Shown here: piece after piece, positions 1 through 9,355 of the stretch
How positions within the stretch are numbered: position 1 is the stretch's first letter
How the letters are laid out: every line of letters begins with the position of its first letter
Assembly (NCBI GenBank): GCA_029820995.1
Contig: JALGUG010000010.1
Span: 9,878 to 73,877 of the forward strand
DNA length: 64,000 nt
Source of the DNA: Candidatus Zipacnadia bacterium
GTDB taxonomy: Bacteria; Armatimonadota; Zipacnadia; JALGUG01
Direction: 5' to 3'
The notes under the pieces: model-generated
Database searches by the model: none
What the model saw: only the letters and a program-made list of their open reading frames with translations
Told to the model about the DNA's origin: nothing
Program-made: the position numbers and the translations under genes

Positions 1-1525
1 AGAACAGGCCCATCCCCGTGCCGGATTCCTTGGTCGTGAAGAAGGGCTGAAACAGACGGGGCAACAGCTCGCGCGGGATCCCGGGCCCGGTATCGGCCAC
101 GGCGATCGAGACCTCGTCGGGCTCTTCGCCCACTTCCACGGTGAGCGTGCCCCCTGTGTTCTCCATCGCCTGGATGGCATTCAGCGTAAGATTGAGCAGG
201 ACGCGCTCCAACTCAGTTCGGTCGGCGACCACGGTGGGTGACGCCGGATGCGGCTCGAACACAACATCCACCTTCTTGTGGTGCGCCTCAGTTCGGATCA
301 GAAACAGCGTCCCCTCGACCACGGCGTTGATGTCGGTCGGCTGCAAATCGAGCTCGTGGTCGGCGGAGAAGGACAGAAGCCGACGAGTGTACGCGACGAG
401 TTTCGGCAATTGATTGTCCAACAGGCGGCGGACGTTGGGATCAATATCAACGTCGGCCGTGGCCAGCTCGACCAGCGAGAGCAGAGGTGTGACGATGTTC
501 CCGACATCATGGGCGATGCTGGCCGAGAGGGTTCCGATGGCGGAGAGCTTCTCAGACACCAGGAGCTGCTCCTGAGCTTGCTGCAGCTCCTCGTAGGCCT
601 TCCTCAGGTCGGTGTACAGCCGCGCGTTCTCAATCGCCACTGCCGCCTGGCTGGCCAGGCCCGTGAGCAAGCCCAGGTCGGCTTCCGCAAAGGCATTGGG
701 AACGGCCTGAGTGTCCAGGTGAATGACGGCCAGGACCTTTTGGTGCCGGATCAGGGGCACACAAATGGCGGAGCGAATGCGAAAGGCGGCTACGCTGGCG
801 CGTTCACGAAACCGCTCATCCTGCATGGCGTCCGAGGTGACGATGGCAACGCGTTCCTGGATTGCCCGGTCCACCAGCGCCCGGCTGATCGTGATGTCGC
901 CGCTAGGCGAGCCGTCGGCGTGGCGCACAACCTGGGGGCGCAGCTCGTTGGTCTCCTCGTCCACCAGCATCAGGAAGCCGCGCTGGGCCGGCGTGACCTC
1001 CATGATAATGTCCATTAGCCGTTCCAGCAGCGGCTCCAGTTCGAGCAGGCTGCTCACCGACTCCCCGAACTCGTGGAAGACGCGCAGGTAGCGCTGCAAA
1101 GCCTCGACGGTTTGTGGCTCCGCCTCGGGGCGCCCAGTTTCCACGCGAAAGGGCTGATCGGCCCGCGCGATGGCGGTGACCTCCTGCTGGTGCTCCGTGA
1201 CGAAACGCACGCCCGCGGGCACTGCCGGCGCCGGCGTCTCCTCGGCCAACTTCAGGAACGTCCGCCCCACGCGGATGCGGTCGCCGGTCCGGATCTCCGT
1301 GGGCGCAAACACCCGGACGCCGCCGACAAACGTGCCGTTGCCGCTGCCCGCGTCGGAGAGCACGCAAAAGCCTTCCTCAATCTTCAACTCGGCGTGCCGC
1401 CGGGAAATACGAGGGTCCAACGGGAGGCAAACGTCGCAATCGGAGCGGCGTCCGATCGTCGCGATCGGTCCCTCCAGGGAGAACTCCAGCCCTTGCATGG
1501 GCCCGTTCAAAACCACCAACTTCAT
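1..1525 (-). CDS. FHA-GAF sensor histidine kinase (3' end runs off window)
   Basis: Manual translation, absent from the ORF track because there is no stop in the window. FHA: MKLVVLNGPMQG..TIGRRSDCD..ISRRHA..DAGSGNGTFV. GAF: SAICVPL..LASQAAVAIENARLY. Kinase: H-box SIAHDVGN, N-box LNLTLNAIQAM, DTGPGI, FQPFFTTKESGTGMGL. GTGAGG SD before ATG 1525. Confidence 0.9.
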   Translation of the reverse strand, partial: MKLVVLNGPMQGLEFSLEGPIATIGRRSDCDVCLPLDPRISRRHAELKIEEGFCVLSDAGSGNGTFVGGVRVFAPTEIRTGDRIRVGRTFLKLAEETPAPAVPAGVRFVTEHQQEVTAIARADQPFRVETGRPEAEPQTVEALQRYLRVFHEFGESVSSLLELEPLLERLMDIIMEVTPAQRGFLMLVDEETNELRPQVVRHADGSPSGDITISRALVDRAIQERVAIVTSDAMQDERFRERASVAAFRIRSAICVPLIRHQKVLAVIHLDTQAVPNAFAEADLGLLTGLASQAAVAIENARLYTDLRKAYEELQQAQEQLLVSEKLSAIGTLSASIAHDVGNIVTPLLSLVELATADVDIDPNVRRLLDNQLPKLVAYTRRLLSFSADHELDLQPTDINAVVEGTLFLIRTEAHHKKVDVVFEPHPASPTVVADRTELERVLLNLTLNAIQAMENTGGTLTVEVGEEPDEVSIAVADTGPGIPRELLPRLFQPFFTTKESGTGMGLF

Positions 1526-1688
1526 GACCGGCCTCACTGCTCTGTGCCACGACCCATAGTCCGAAGTACCTTCTGCGCCTGGGCGAGGTTCCCTTCCAAG
1601 AATCACACTTCCTGCCGGCGAGGGACCCGATGGTCCAGCAGGAAGCCCCCCTGGCGTCCCGGGAGGCAACAGTAGCTCAAAGCATTGC

Positions 1689-2447
1689 TCATACAGGCCC
1701 GCCCGGGCGCGTCACCACGACCAGCGTAACCCCCCACGGCAAGGGTAACCGGCAAGCCAGCCAATTCTCGAAGTCGTGCAAGAGCACTAGCAGTGTATTC
1801 AAAGGTCCCGGCGCGGGCGGAATGTCCACCTGAGGAGGCTCCCGAGACGGGAAGAGCCTCTGTTGCAGCCGTTGCACCAGACGCACGACGGCAACTACCG
1901 GAAACAGGAGCCACAGTACGTGGGTCTGGTACTCCAGCGCCAAGCCCGCGGCGGCTAGCTTACTACGTAGCTCGCGAGCCGAGTACCGGCGTAGATGGTG
2001 CAGCGCCTCGTCGCGCCGCGTCCACAGAAACTGGCAGGCTGGCACGGAGATGATAGCGCGTCCCTCCGGCTTGAGCACGCGCAGCATCTCTCGCAGCGCC
2101 GCGCTGTCATCTTCAACGTGCTCCAAAACATCGCTGGCCACGATAAGGTCCACGCTGGCGCGCCGGAAGGGAAGCCGCTCGCCCGTTGCTTGCACCAACA
2201 GACGCAATCCACGCTCGCGCGATAGTGTGAGCGCAACGCTAGACGGGTCACAGCCGATGGCCCGCCCGCGTTCGCTCAGCGCCTCCAGGGTGGCTCCCGT
2301 GCCGCACCCGACATCCAAAATGACGAGCGGCTCCGGCACAGCCAAGGGCACTCGCTGCGCCAGTGCAAGGATCAGCCGCCGGCGAGCGGCGAACCACCAG
2401 TAGCTGTCTTCGAGTTGGCGCATCTGCCGCTGCTCAGCATCGAGCAC
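1689..2447 (-). CDS. Class I SAM-dependent methyltransferase (Methyltransf_11-like)
   Basis: ILDVGCGTG motif I, ERLPF, DVLEHV, LRVLKPEG, HLRRYS. Confidence 0.9.
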   Translation of the reverse strand: MLDAEQRQMRQLEDSYWWFAARRRLILALAQRVPLAVPEPLVILDVGCGTGATLEALSERGRAIGCDPSSVALTLSRERGLRLLVQATGERLPFRRASVDLIVASDVLEHVEDDSAALREMLRVLKPEGRAIISVPACQFLWTRRDEALHHLRRYSARELRSKLAAAGLALEYQTHVLWLLFPVVAVVRLVQRLQQRLFPSREPPQVDIPPAPGPLNTLLVLLHDFENWLACRLPLPWGVTLVVVTRPGGPV

Positions 2448-2481
2448 GTTCGGTCTCCCATGAGAAAACGCAGGAATCTGT

Positions 2482-2520
2482 AGAACAGGTGTTGCACTGT
2501 ACGAAGGTTTGTGCTATGCT
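2482..2520 (+). promoter_or_regulatory. lexA sigma70 promoter overlapped by a Gram-positive-type SOS box
   Basis: TTGCAC (2492-2497), 17-bp spacer, TGc-TATGCT extended -10 (2515-2520). AGAAC-AGGT-GTTGC (2482-2495) resembles CGAAC-N4-GTTCG. A weaker site CGAAG-GTTT-GTGCT lies at 2502-2515. Confidence 0.75.
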
Positions 2521-2586
2521 GACCGTCGAAAGCTCAACAAGAGCAGGGGCGAGTATGTCCCTTGCTAGTTGGAGAGGAGGCCACCA

Positions 2587-3207
2587 ATGAAGCGACAGGA
2601 CCTGACGGCGCGCCGCAAGCAGGTACTGGCAGCGATTGACCGTCTCACCAAGGAGCAAGGGTATCCTCCCAGCGTGCGCGAGATTGGGGAGGCTCTGGGC
2701 CTCAAATCCACGTCTAGCGTTCACTTCCATTTGAAGGCGCTGCAGGAGCGCGGGTATCTGACGCGGGACGGATCGCTGACTCGGGCTCTGCGTCTGCACA
2801 ACAAAGTGGACGAAGTCATCAAGCGCTCAGAACCCGTGTACGTGCCGCTCGTGGGACGGGTGGCTGCAGGCGAGCCGGTGCTCGCGGCGGAGAACATCGA
2901 GGGCTCGGTGCCGCTCCCCGAAGAGTTCGTCGGTCCGAACTCGTTCTTGCTCGAGGTCAAGGGCGACAGCATGATCGAGGATGGCATTCTCGAAGGCGAT
3001 TATGTGATTGTGACCCAAACCTCGACAGCCGAGAACGGCGATACGGTGGTCGCCTTGATGGGCGATGAAGCCACCGTAAAGCGCTTCTATCGTCATCCGG
3101 ACCACGTGGAGTTGAGGCCGGCAAACTCGGCCATGGCGCCGATCTATGCCAAGGATGTCGAGATCATCGGCCGCGTCTGCGGTGTGCTGCGGTCGTATAA
3201 GCGCTAG
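2587..3207 (+). CDS. lexA: SOS transcriptional repressor LexA
   Basis: GYPPSVREIG..STSSVHFHL wHTH, VAAG cleavage site, GDSM catalytic Ser, TVKR catalytic Lys; GGAGAGGAGG SD. Confidence 0.97.
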   Translation: MKRQDLTARRKQVLAAIDRLTKEQGYPPSVREIGEALGLKSTSSVHFHLKALQERGYLTRDGSLTRALRLHNKVDEVIKRSEPVYVPLVGRVAAGEPVLAAENIEGSVPLPEEFVGPNSFLLEVKGDSMIEDGILEGDYVIVTQTSTAENGDTVVALMGDEATVKRFYRHPDHVELRPANSAMAPIYAKDVEIIGRVCGVLRSYKR

Positions 3208-3267
3208 GCCCGTCCGTGCCGGTGCCGTGCCATAGCGTTGCGCATCTCTGGCGGGAGCGAGCAGCAT

Positions 3268-3737
3268 CATCGCCGGGTTCTCCGCCCGGCGAGGCGGATG
3301 CCCTTCTCGACGACCTCGAGAACGAGGAAGACAGACCATATGGCGACGAGGTAGCCGAGGCAGCAAGAACGCCAGCAGAGCACGGCCGTACATTATGCCG
3401 ACACATACCGCCATCAGCGAAAAGGCCACGAGGGCTTCCGGCATCACCGAGACCAAGCGTATCGCGGTGCTTCCAGGCCGTTCGGCGGTCAGTGTGTCTT
3501 GTCTTTAAGACTGGACAACTGCCAGTCGAGGATCGCCGCCCCGGGCAAGAGCACACAAAAGACCATCCAAGCAACAACAAGCTTATGATCGTGAGCGGCT
3601 ACCCCAAGCAGTAGCGGCAACAGCAGCACCCAGCCGACAAAGAGGGCGCACAGTGCACAAACGCCGCGCCCGGAGCGGACCCGTTTTGTGTCGCTCCTTC
3701 GCCTGACATCAGGCTCACCCCGGCGGATCCTGTGCAA
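3268..3737 (-). pseudogene. Possible frameshifted multi-TM membrane protein
   Basis: Hydrophobic segments continue across three frames: LFVGWVLLLPLLLGV / ALVAFSLMAVCVGIMYG / LGYLVAIWSVFLVLEVVEKG. Confidence 0.3.
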
Positions 3738-3762
3738 GGGATTTGCCGTGGCAGCCGGGGTC

Positions 3763-6417
3763 TCACTCGCCGCTGCGCTCGAAGCTGATCCGGGCGCGAG
3801 CGATCAAGAGACCATTGTTGAAGCTCCACAGGCCCATGCGGCCACCAGATAGTGGAGCCGGGTCCGTGTACTCCAAGATCTGCTTGCCGTCCACGACGAA
3901 GGTCAGGCGCGGGCCGAGCTTGCGGACGCTGACATGGAACCAGTGCCGGTGAAAGGCAGCATTCGAACTCGTCGGATTGATGAACTTCGCGGCGGTATTC
4001 TCGGCAACCACCTGATCGCCCCTGAGGATCTTGCTGCGCGTATTGTTGTCTCCTGCGAAGATGAAGCTGTAGCCGCGGCAGAGCTGCGTGCCGTCGCCGC
4101 ACAAGATGCAGTTGATGTCGCTGGGGTGCGAGTACCCGGGCCGCCCAGGTAGGTCCATGGGCAGGGCGGCCCAGAAGTCCAGCGTCTGGTCGCCGAAGAA
4201 GTCCCGCTTCGTCCAAAGCAGCGGCGACTTGTGCTTCGTGCCGCCGAACCACGCCCACCCGGGCGAGCAAGCCCAGCGATCGGTCACTTGCCACAGGCCG
4301 AATCCGGGCTGCCAGGCTGTCGGTGCACGGGAAAAGGTATAGTCCAGGCTGTGGCTGCTGGTCAAGGACGCCTGATTGAGGTCCAGCGTCAGCCCCTCTT
4401 GCTGGAGGCCCACCCGTCCGCCGTGCAGCGGCTCGCACCCGGCAGCCGCCAGCAGCAAGGCGTTGTTCAGCTTGAGCTGGACGCATCCGGCAGCCTGCTC
4501 CAGACGCAGTACGCTGTCCGGAGCGGCAGTAGCGTGGGCCTGGGACAGGACCGTGTCGCCGCGTGTGAGCTTGGCTTCGACCACATCGGAACCGGCAGCA
4601 GTACGGAGGTCAACGTTCAGCGCACGGGCTGCATCGGCCCCCGGCGCCAGGACGATCTTCACGCCTCCGGCAATGGGCTTGACGTTCGGGAGGCGCGTTA
4701 GCAGCCGCATGTCGTGGAAAAACAGGTCACGATGCCACAGTAAGCCTCCGTCCCCCGTTTGCCAGGCCGAGGAGCCACGCGCCCAATCGCTCATCGTGTC
4801 CTCGCGCGTGAACTGCTCGGTGATCGGCGGTTCCGACGGAGGCGGCGGCCAGAAGCGCGCGGCGACGTTGTCGAAGGTCACCACGCCCGAGCCCCTCGCC
4901 CACAGACCGGCGCGTCCCTGCCGGAAGGTCACGTCCACCGTCTCAACCAATCGTTGGCCGTTGGCATAACCCGCCAGGTGCCCGTCCGCTAGGGACAACT
5001 TGAGCCGTCGCACGCGCGCCGTCAAGGGCGCTCGAGCCAGCTCTACGAGATTGCCCTGCTGCATCCGAGCCAGTGTGCACAGACCGTGCGGCCCAGGTTG
5101 CTCGGGCGTCACTGCCAGCAGATAGCCGTCGCCATTGGGCTGCACTGCCAGGCAGATCCCGCCGGAGTCCGATCCGCGCACCGAAATGTCGGCCCCGACG
5201 GCGTAGTTATTCCAGGAGGGCGCCCCCGTGAGCGCCAAGGCGGATCCGGACGCCGAGGCCTGGGCCAGCAGGCGCCCCTTCTTCTGATGCCACTTGCCTC
5301 GCACGGTCGTCCAGCGATCGTGGATTGCGCGGCTGAAATCCTCGTCGAAAGCCAGCCACGGTGAGACGGAGGCGTCGTCGAAGTTCACCGCCGGCGCGCA
5401 ATCGGCATACAGTGCGATGCGTCCCTGCGCAAAGGTCTCATCGCGGGCCCGTAGCACTGGGACGCCGTCCACCAGGCACTCGAGATGATCGCCGTCGGTG
5501 CGCACGCCGAGCTGATACCAGACGTTCGCCCGGTAACCGCGCGGCTTTTCCGCGAGCACGTACCAGCGGCCCTGCACGGACTTGATCAACTGCAGCCGTC
5601 CTCGGGGCTCACCAGTAGCATCCTGCCCGGTACGCGTCCAGCGGAAAAGGTAGAAATTCGCCTGGTCCTGCAAGCAACAGCAGAGGCCCAAGGCCCCCTC
5701 CGCTTCTCCTCGCGCCGCGGCGCGGAAGTCGTACCGGTCCCAGAACCAATAGCCGGCAGCGCTCAGTGCTCGGCCCAGCGCGACGGCGCGCAGGCTAAAC
5801 GGATTGGCCGCTTTGGTCGGTGTTGGATTGGGACCAGTCAGGCCCTGCTGTTCCCACTGGCCGCTCAGACGCTCCCAGGTGCCGGAAGCGCCGGTATCGC
5901 GCATGAAGTTGTCGCCGAACCTAACCGGGGCCACCGGTTGCAGACGCACGTCCTCCAGCGACAGACCGCCTTCGGAGGCATAGCCGACTCTACCTTGGGA
6001 AGATGTTATGTCGTGCGCGCGGCATACGACGGCTCCGTCGGCCAGCAGGGTGATCTCCCAGGAATGCCGCTGAAGGGTGAGCGCCACTGTCGGCCGGTTG
6101 CGGGGCAGCGTGCCTTCGGAGCCGATGGGCTCCTTCTTGCCGCGCTGACAACGAATGAACTGGGCCTTACTCTTGCGGAGACGAAGAGCGAGGAAGTGGG
6201 ATTCGTCTCGGTAGTTGAACACCAGCCGGGCCTCGGCACCGCGCGGCCAGGAAGCCGGCGCGTGCAGGTCGCAGGTCACGTCGAACTCGCCCTCCCCCTC
6301 ATCTTGCAGGAAGGTCAAGGGAGGCGGATCGGCTGCCCAGACGGCACCGGCCAGGCACAGGAAAACCGTCAGTGCGGCGGTTGTCGCTCCAGTCGTCCTT
6401 GGGCCATGATCACGCAT
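3763..6417 (-). CDS. Large secreted protein with repeated ConA-like / DUF1080-like beta-sandwich domains
   Basis: Signal peptide ending AVWA. Repeated W..L.V..DG..V....D....G.G.....V.FDNV patterns. Start moved to ATG 6417, which has an SD. Confidence 0.7.
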   Translation of the reverse strand: MRDHGPRTTGATTAALTVFLCLAGAVWAADPPPLTFLQDEGEGEFDVTCDLHAPASWPRGAEARLVFNYRDESHFLALRLRKSKAQFIRCQRGKKEPIGSEGTLPRNRPTVALTLQRHSWEITLLADGAVVCRAHDITSSQGRVGYASEGGLSLEDVRLQPVAPVRFGDNFMRDTGASGTWERLSGQWEQQGLTGPNPTPTKAANPFSLRAVALGRALSAAGYWFWDRYDFRAAARGEAEGALGLCCCLQDQANFYLFRWTRTGQDATGEPRGRLQLIKSVQGRWYVLAEKPRGYRANVWYQLGVRTDGDHLECLVDGVPVLRARDETFAQGRIALYADCAPAVNFDDASVSPWLAFDEDFSRAIHDRWTTVRGKWHQKKGRLLAQASASGSALALTGAPSWNNYAVGADISVRGSDSGGICLAVQPNGDGYLLAVTPEQPGPHGLCTLARMQQGNLVELARAPLTARVRRLKLSLADGHLAGYANGQRLVETVDVTFRQGRAGLWARGSGVVTFDNVAARFWPPPPSEPPITEQFTREDTMSDWARGSSAWQTGDGGLLWHRDLFFHDMRLLTRLPNVKPIAGGVKIVLAPGADAARALNVDLRTAAGSDVVEAKLTRGDTVLSQAHATAAPDSVLRLEQAAGCVQLKLNNALLLAAAGCEPLHGGRVGLQQEGLTLDLNQASLTSSHSLDYTFSRAPTAWQPGFGLWQVTDRWACSPGWAWFGGTKHKSPLLWTKRDFFGDQTLDFWAALPMDLPGRPGYSHPSDINCILCGDGTQLCRGYSFIFAGDNNTRSKILRGDQVVAENTAAKFINPTSSNAAFHRHWFHVSVRKLGPRLTFVVDGKQILEYTDPAPLSGGRMGLWSFNNGLLIARARISFERSGE

Positions 6418-6449
6418 TGTCGCCCCCTCCCCTCCAGGCAATGTCCGCG

Positions 6450-7586
6450 TCACTGCTTCGTCAAGAAGCCCAGTTCGTCCAGCCACAACGTGCCCAAGCC
6501 CTCTACACCGACGCCGGCGTCGAAGGTGTCCACGACGAATACGACGACGCGAAGCTGCTCAAGATCAAGCTGGTCGTTCTCGTCCGTGGTTGACGGGTCA
6601 CGAACGAACCCGCCCAGAGGGATCTCCTCGGTGCGCCACTCGTTGCGCCCGTCCAGCGTGACCATGTGCCGGTACTTGCTCCCGTCGCGCTCCTCCAGCA
6701 CCATGGCGGCCGCGCCCTGGTGCGTCGAGCGGAGGTGGCACGTGACGGCCGCCGTGTCCACCAGGTTGAGGTGACCAGCGCCGCAGACCACGCCCGCCCA
6801 CCGATGCTGCCCCAGGCGATAGTCCAGTCGCAGTGCCTTACGCCCCGCCACCCCCGGCGCACCCGGACCGTGGGACACAGCCACTCCTCCTAAGGGTAGG
6901 CAGAAGTTCACTGGAGTCTCGAAGCCGTCCAGCCGGATGAGCCGCCCACCCAGCGACCGACTGGAGCGCCCAGGCACCGTCTCGGGGCTGAGCTCAATGG
7001 CATCGAGCCACATTTTCTGCGGGCCCGTCTTGTGGCCGAAGGCATTCCCGACCTCACCGGGCAAGTTCGAAAGATCGGCAATCGTAAGCTCAGTGATCTG
7101 TCCCGTGTCCAGCCCGCCGTTCTCGTCTTGGGTATCCTCGGTCAGCATCATTTCAGCCAGGTCAATCTCCACGCGCTGCCACTGGTCCGCCGGAGCAGCG
7201 ATAAAGGCGTGGTAAGAAGAACCGTCCGGCTCCCTCACGGAGATGACGACAGGGGTCTGCTCTTGGGTCTTGAGAGCCAGGCGAAGCGACCGGCATGGGC
7301 GCGGAGCCAGGTTGCGCGCTCCGAAGAGGTTAAAGACACCGTCCCGCGGCGTGTACGTGATCTCCAGGGCGCATTTGCCCTGCGCGACGTTTGCGCGCTC
7401 GCGTGTGATCTCAAGCGTTGCCTCTTCATCGAGCGCATACCACAACGACGCGGTTGTAGGGTCCTCGAAGTCGAAGCTCGGCGGAACCAGGACCTGGGGT
7501 GTCGGCGGAGCCGTCTCCTCCTGCGCCCCCACGCTGCCCACACACCACAGACCGCAGAGAACCAGGCAACGCACTGAGCTCCTCAT
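6450..7586 (-). CDS. Secreted protein with two CBM11/CIA30-like carbohydrate-binding domains
   Basis: Signal peptide; duplicated domain (FDFED..E.DGS.Y..W..V.I.L..DENG.LD..I..LWLD). Confidence 0.65.
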   Translation of the reverse strand: MRSSVRCLVLCGLWCVGSVGAQEETAPPTPQVLVPPSFDFEDPTTASLWYALDEEATLEITRERANVAQGKCALEITYTPRDGVFNLFGARNLAPRPCRSLRLALKTQEQTPVVISVREPDGSSYHAFIAAPADQWQRVEIDLAEMMLTEDTQDENGGLDTGQITELTIADLSNLPGEVGNAFGHKTGPQKMWLDAIELSPETVPGRSSRSLGGRLIRLDGFETPVNFCLPLGGVAVSHGPGAPGVAGRKALRLDYRLGQHRWAGVVCGAGHLNLVDTAAVTCHLRSTHQGAAAMVLEERDGSKYRHMVTLDGRNEWRTEEIPLGGFVRDPSTTDENDQLDLEQLRVVVFVVDTFDAGVGVEGLGTLWLDELGFLTKQ

Positions 7587-7743
7587 GGCTCACTCACCTC
7601 CGTCGGTGCCCGCCACCCCCTCTAACTTCGACGACCCGCAGGCAACCTCCTCCTGCTTGCTCTGACTACTGAGGTAGGTATCGCACTCCTGGCGGGGAAA
7701 CTGCGCGAAACAATAGCTCTGCGACAAGAGGATTCACACAACA

Positions 7744-9354
7744 ATGCTGCACAACGATTCCCGTGTGTGGCGCCTGCTAGTGGTGCCGGCTGCGCTGGCC
7801 CTTACTGTCACAATTGGCGCTGCGCAAGATGAGGACCGGGCTGGGGAGTTGCGCGCGAAGCTGGAAGCCGGCCGACCGGTGCGGATTGTGGCGCTGGGCG
7901 ACTCACTCACAGACGGGATGGGTGTGCGGAGGCCGAATCTGAACGCCTTCCCGCAGATCTTCACAGCGGCCCTCGGCGAGCGCTATCAGAGTCCGATCGA
8001 GCTACTCACAGCCGGGGTGCCGGGCGACACGAGCCAGGGAGGCCTCTGGCGCCTGGCCGACGATGTACTGAACCGCCGGCCCGATCTGGTGACGGTGCAG
8101 TTCGGCGGCAACGATCAATCCAGTGGCCGAACCCCCGAACAGTACGCCGAGACGCTGGAGCAGATCGTGACCACGATCCGCGACCAAACCCGCGCCGCGA
8201 TTATCCTGTGCACCCCTCCCATGGGCGACACTGCCGAGGAAGCCCGGTTCGTGACCGCTGCAAAGCAGCTTGGGCGGCGGTTGGGCCTTCCTGTGGCGGA
8301 CCTCGATGGCGCGATCCGTCGAGGACCGCACGATTATCGGGGTCCCTTCCCCTACGGCAGCCATCCGGCCGACTTCACGCACGTTATCATGGCCCAAGAG
8401 CTCTATCGCGCCTTCGATGAACTGCTCGGAGCTTCGCCCAGGTTTCGCGTAGAGTTAGTGCGCGGTGGGCGCGTCATTGCCGCGGGGTCCGAGCTGCGAG
8501 TCCGGGTCAAGGTCGTGAGCCAAAGTGAGCAGACCGAAACAGGCCAGGTGACGGTCGCCTCGGGGCTGTTCCGCGAGACGAAGCACTTTGAGGTGTCCGC
8601 GGGCAGCACGGAGGGCCTTGAGTTTGCATTGCGAGCACCAGCCGCCCGCGAGGTGGGGCGCGCGCAGGAACACCGAGTTTGGGTCGTCGCAGTCGGCAAG
8701 GACTACTGCGCCTTCGATCTGGGCTGGGTTGTGTTCGCTCCCGTGGTGAGCCTCGACGCGGAAGGCGTGAGCCTGGACAGCCGCTGTCTGGTGTTGGGCA
8801 GTTCGAACTGGCGGGGCTCCGCTGACCTTTCGGCGAAGTTCCGGGTGCGCTCCCTGGAGGGCGGGCTTGCCTTCGAGATTGCAGTCACAGATGACGACCT
8901 GAGCGTCGGCCGGCTGTCCGATCCTGCCCAGGGCGACTGCGTGGAATTGTATCTGGACTTGCGCCCCCCGGTCGCCCAGGGCCGGCCAGTGTACAGTCCC
9001 GAGGTCCTAGCCCTGCAGGTTATCCCCGCGGAGGATCGCGACCGTCATCCGCGGTGGCGGACCCTAGACGCGCCGCCCGACGGCCTCAAGGAAGTCCAGG
9101 TGTCGTCCCGACGAGCTATCAGCGGGTACACAATCGAGGTCTTCTTGCCGCGAAGCTTTGTGGCCAGGTACCGCGACGGCGACTGGTCCGGAATCGGCCT
9201 CGATGTGGGTGTGAACGATGCCGACGGAGGGGGATGGCGCAAGTCGCAACTGATGTGGTCGGGCTGTGCCCAAAACTACCTGATGGCGGGTTGGTTCGGC
9301 GGTCTGCGCGCGCAACCCGAACCGCGCGAGGCGCTGCGCCTCGTGGTGCAATGA
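7744..9354 (+). CDS. Secreted SGNH/GDSL esterase with C-terminal CBM9/DOMON-like domain
   Basis: LGDSLT, GVPGDTS, QFGGND, HP..H blocks; C-terminal VTDD..GDCVELYLD..GLDVGVNDAD. Confidence 0.85.
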   Translation: MLHNDSRVWRLLVVPAALALTVTIGAAQDEDRAGELRAKLEAGRPVRIVALGDSLTDGMGVRRPNLNAFPQIFTAALGERYQSPIELLTAGVPGDTSQGGLWRLADDVLNRRPDLVTVQFGGNDQSSGRTPEQYAETLEQIVTTIRDQTRAAIILCTPPMGDTAEEARFVTAAKQLGRRLGLPVADLDGAIRRGPHDYRGPFPYGSHPADFTHVIMAQELYRAFDELLGASPRFRVELVRGGRVIAAGSELRVRVKVVSQSEQTETGQVTVASGLFRETKHFEVSAGSTEGLEFALRAPAAREVGRAQEHRVWVVAVGKDYCAFDLGWVVFAPVVSLDAEGVSLDSRCLVLGSSNWRGSADLSAKFRVRSLEGGLAFEIAVTDDDLSVGRLSDPAQGDCVELYLDLRPPVAQGRPVYSPEVLALQVIPAEDRDRHPRWRTLDAPPDGLKEVQVSSRRAISGYTIEVFLPRSFVARYRDGDWSGIGLDVGVNDADGGGWRKSQLMWSGCAQNYLMAGWFGGLRAQPEPREALRLVVQ

Positions 9355-9355
9355 A

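Noticed and set aside
141-1675. Plus-strand ORFs 248..1018 and 1073..1675
   Set aside because: Antisense shadows of the FHA-GAF kinase on the minus strand.
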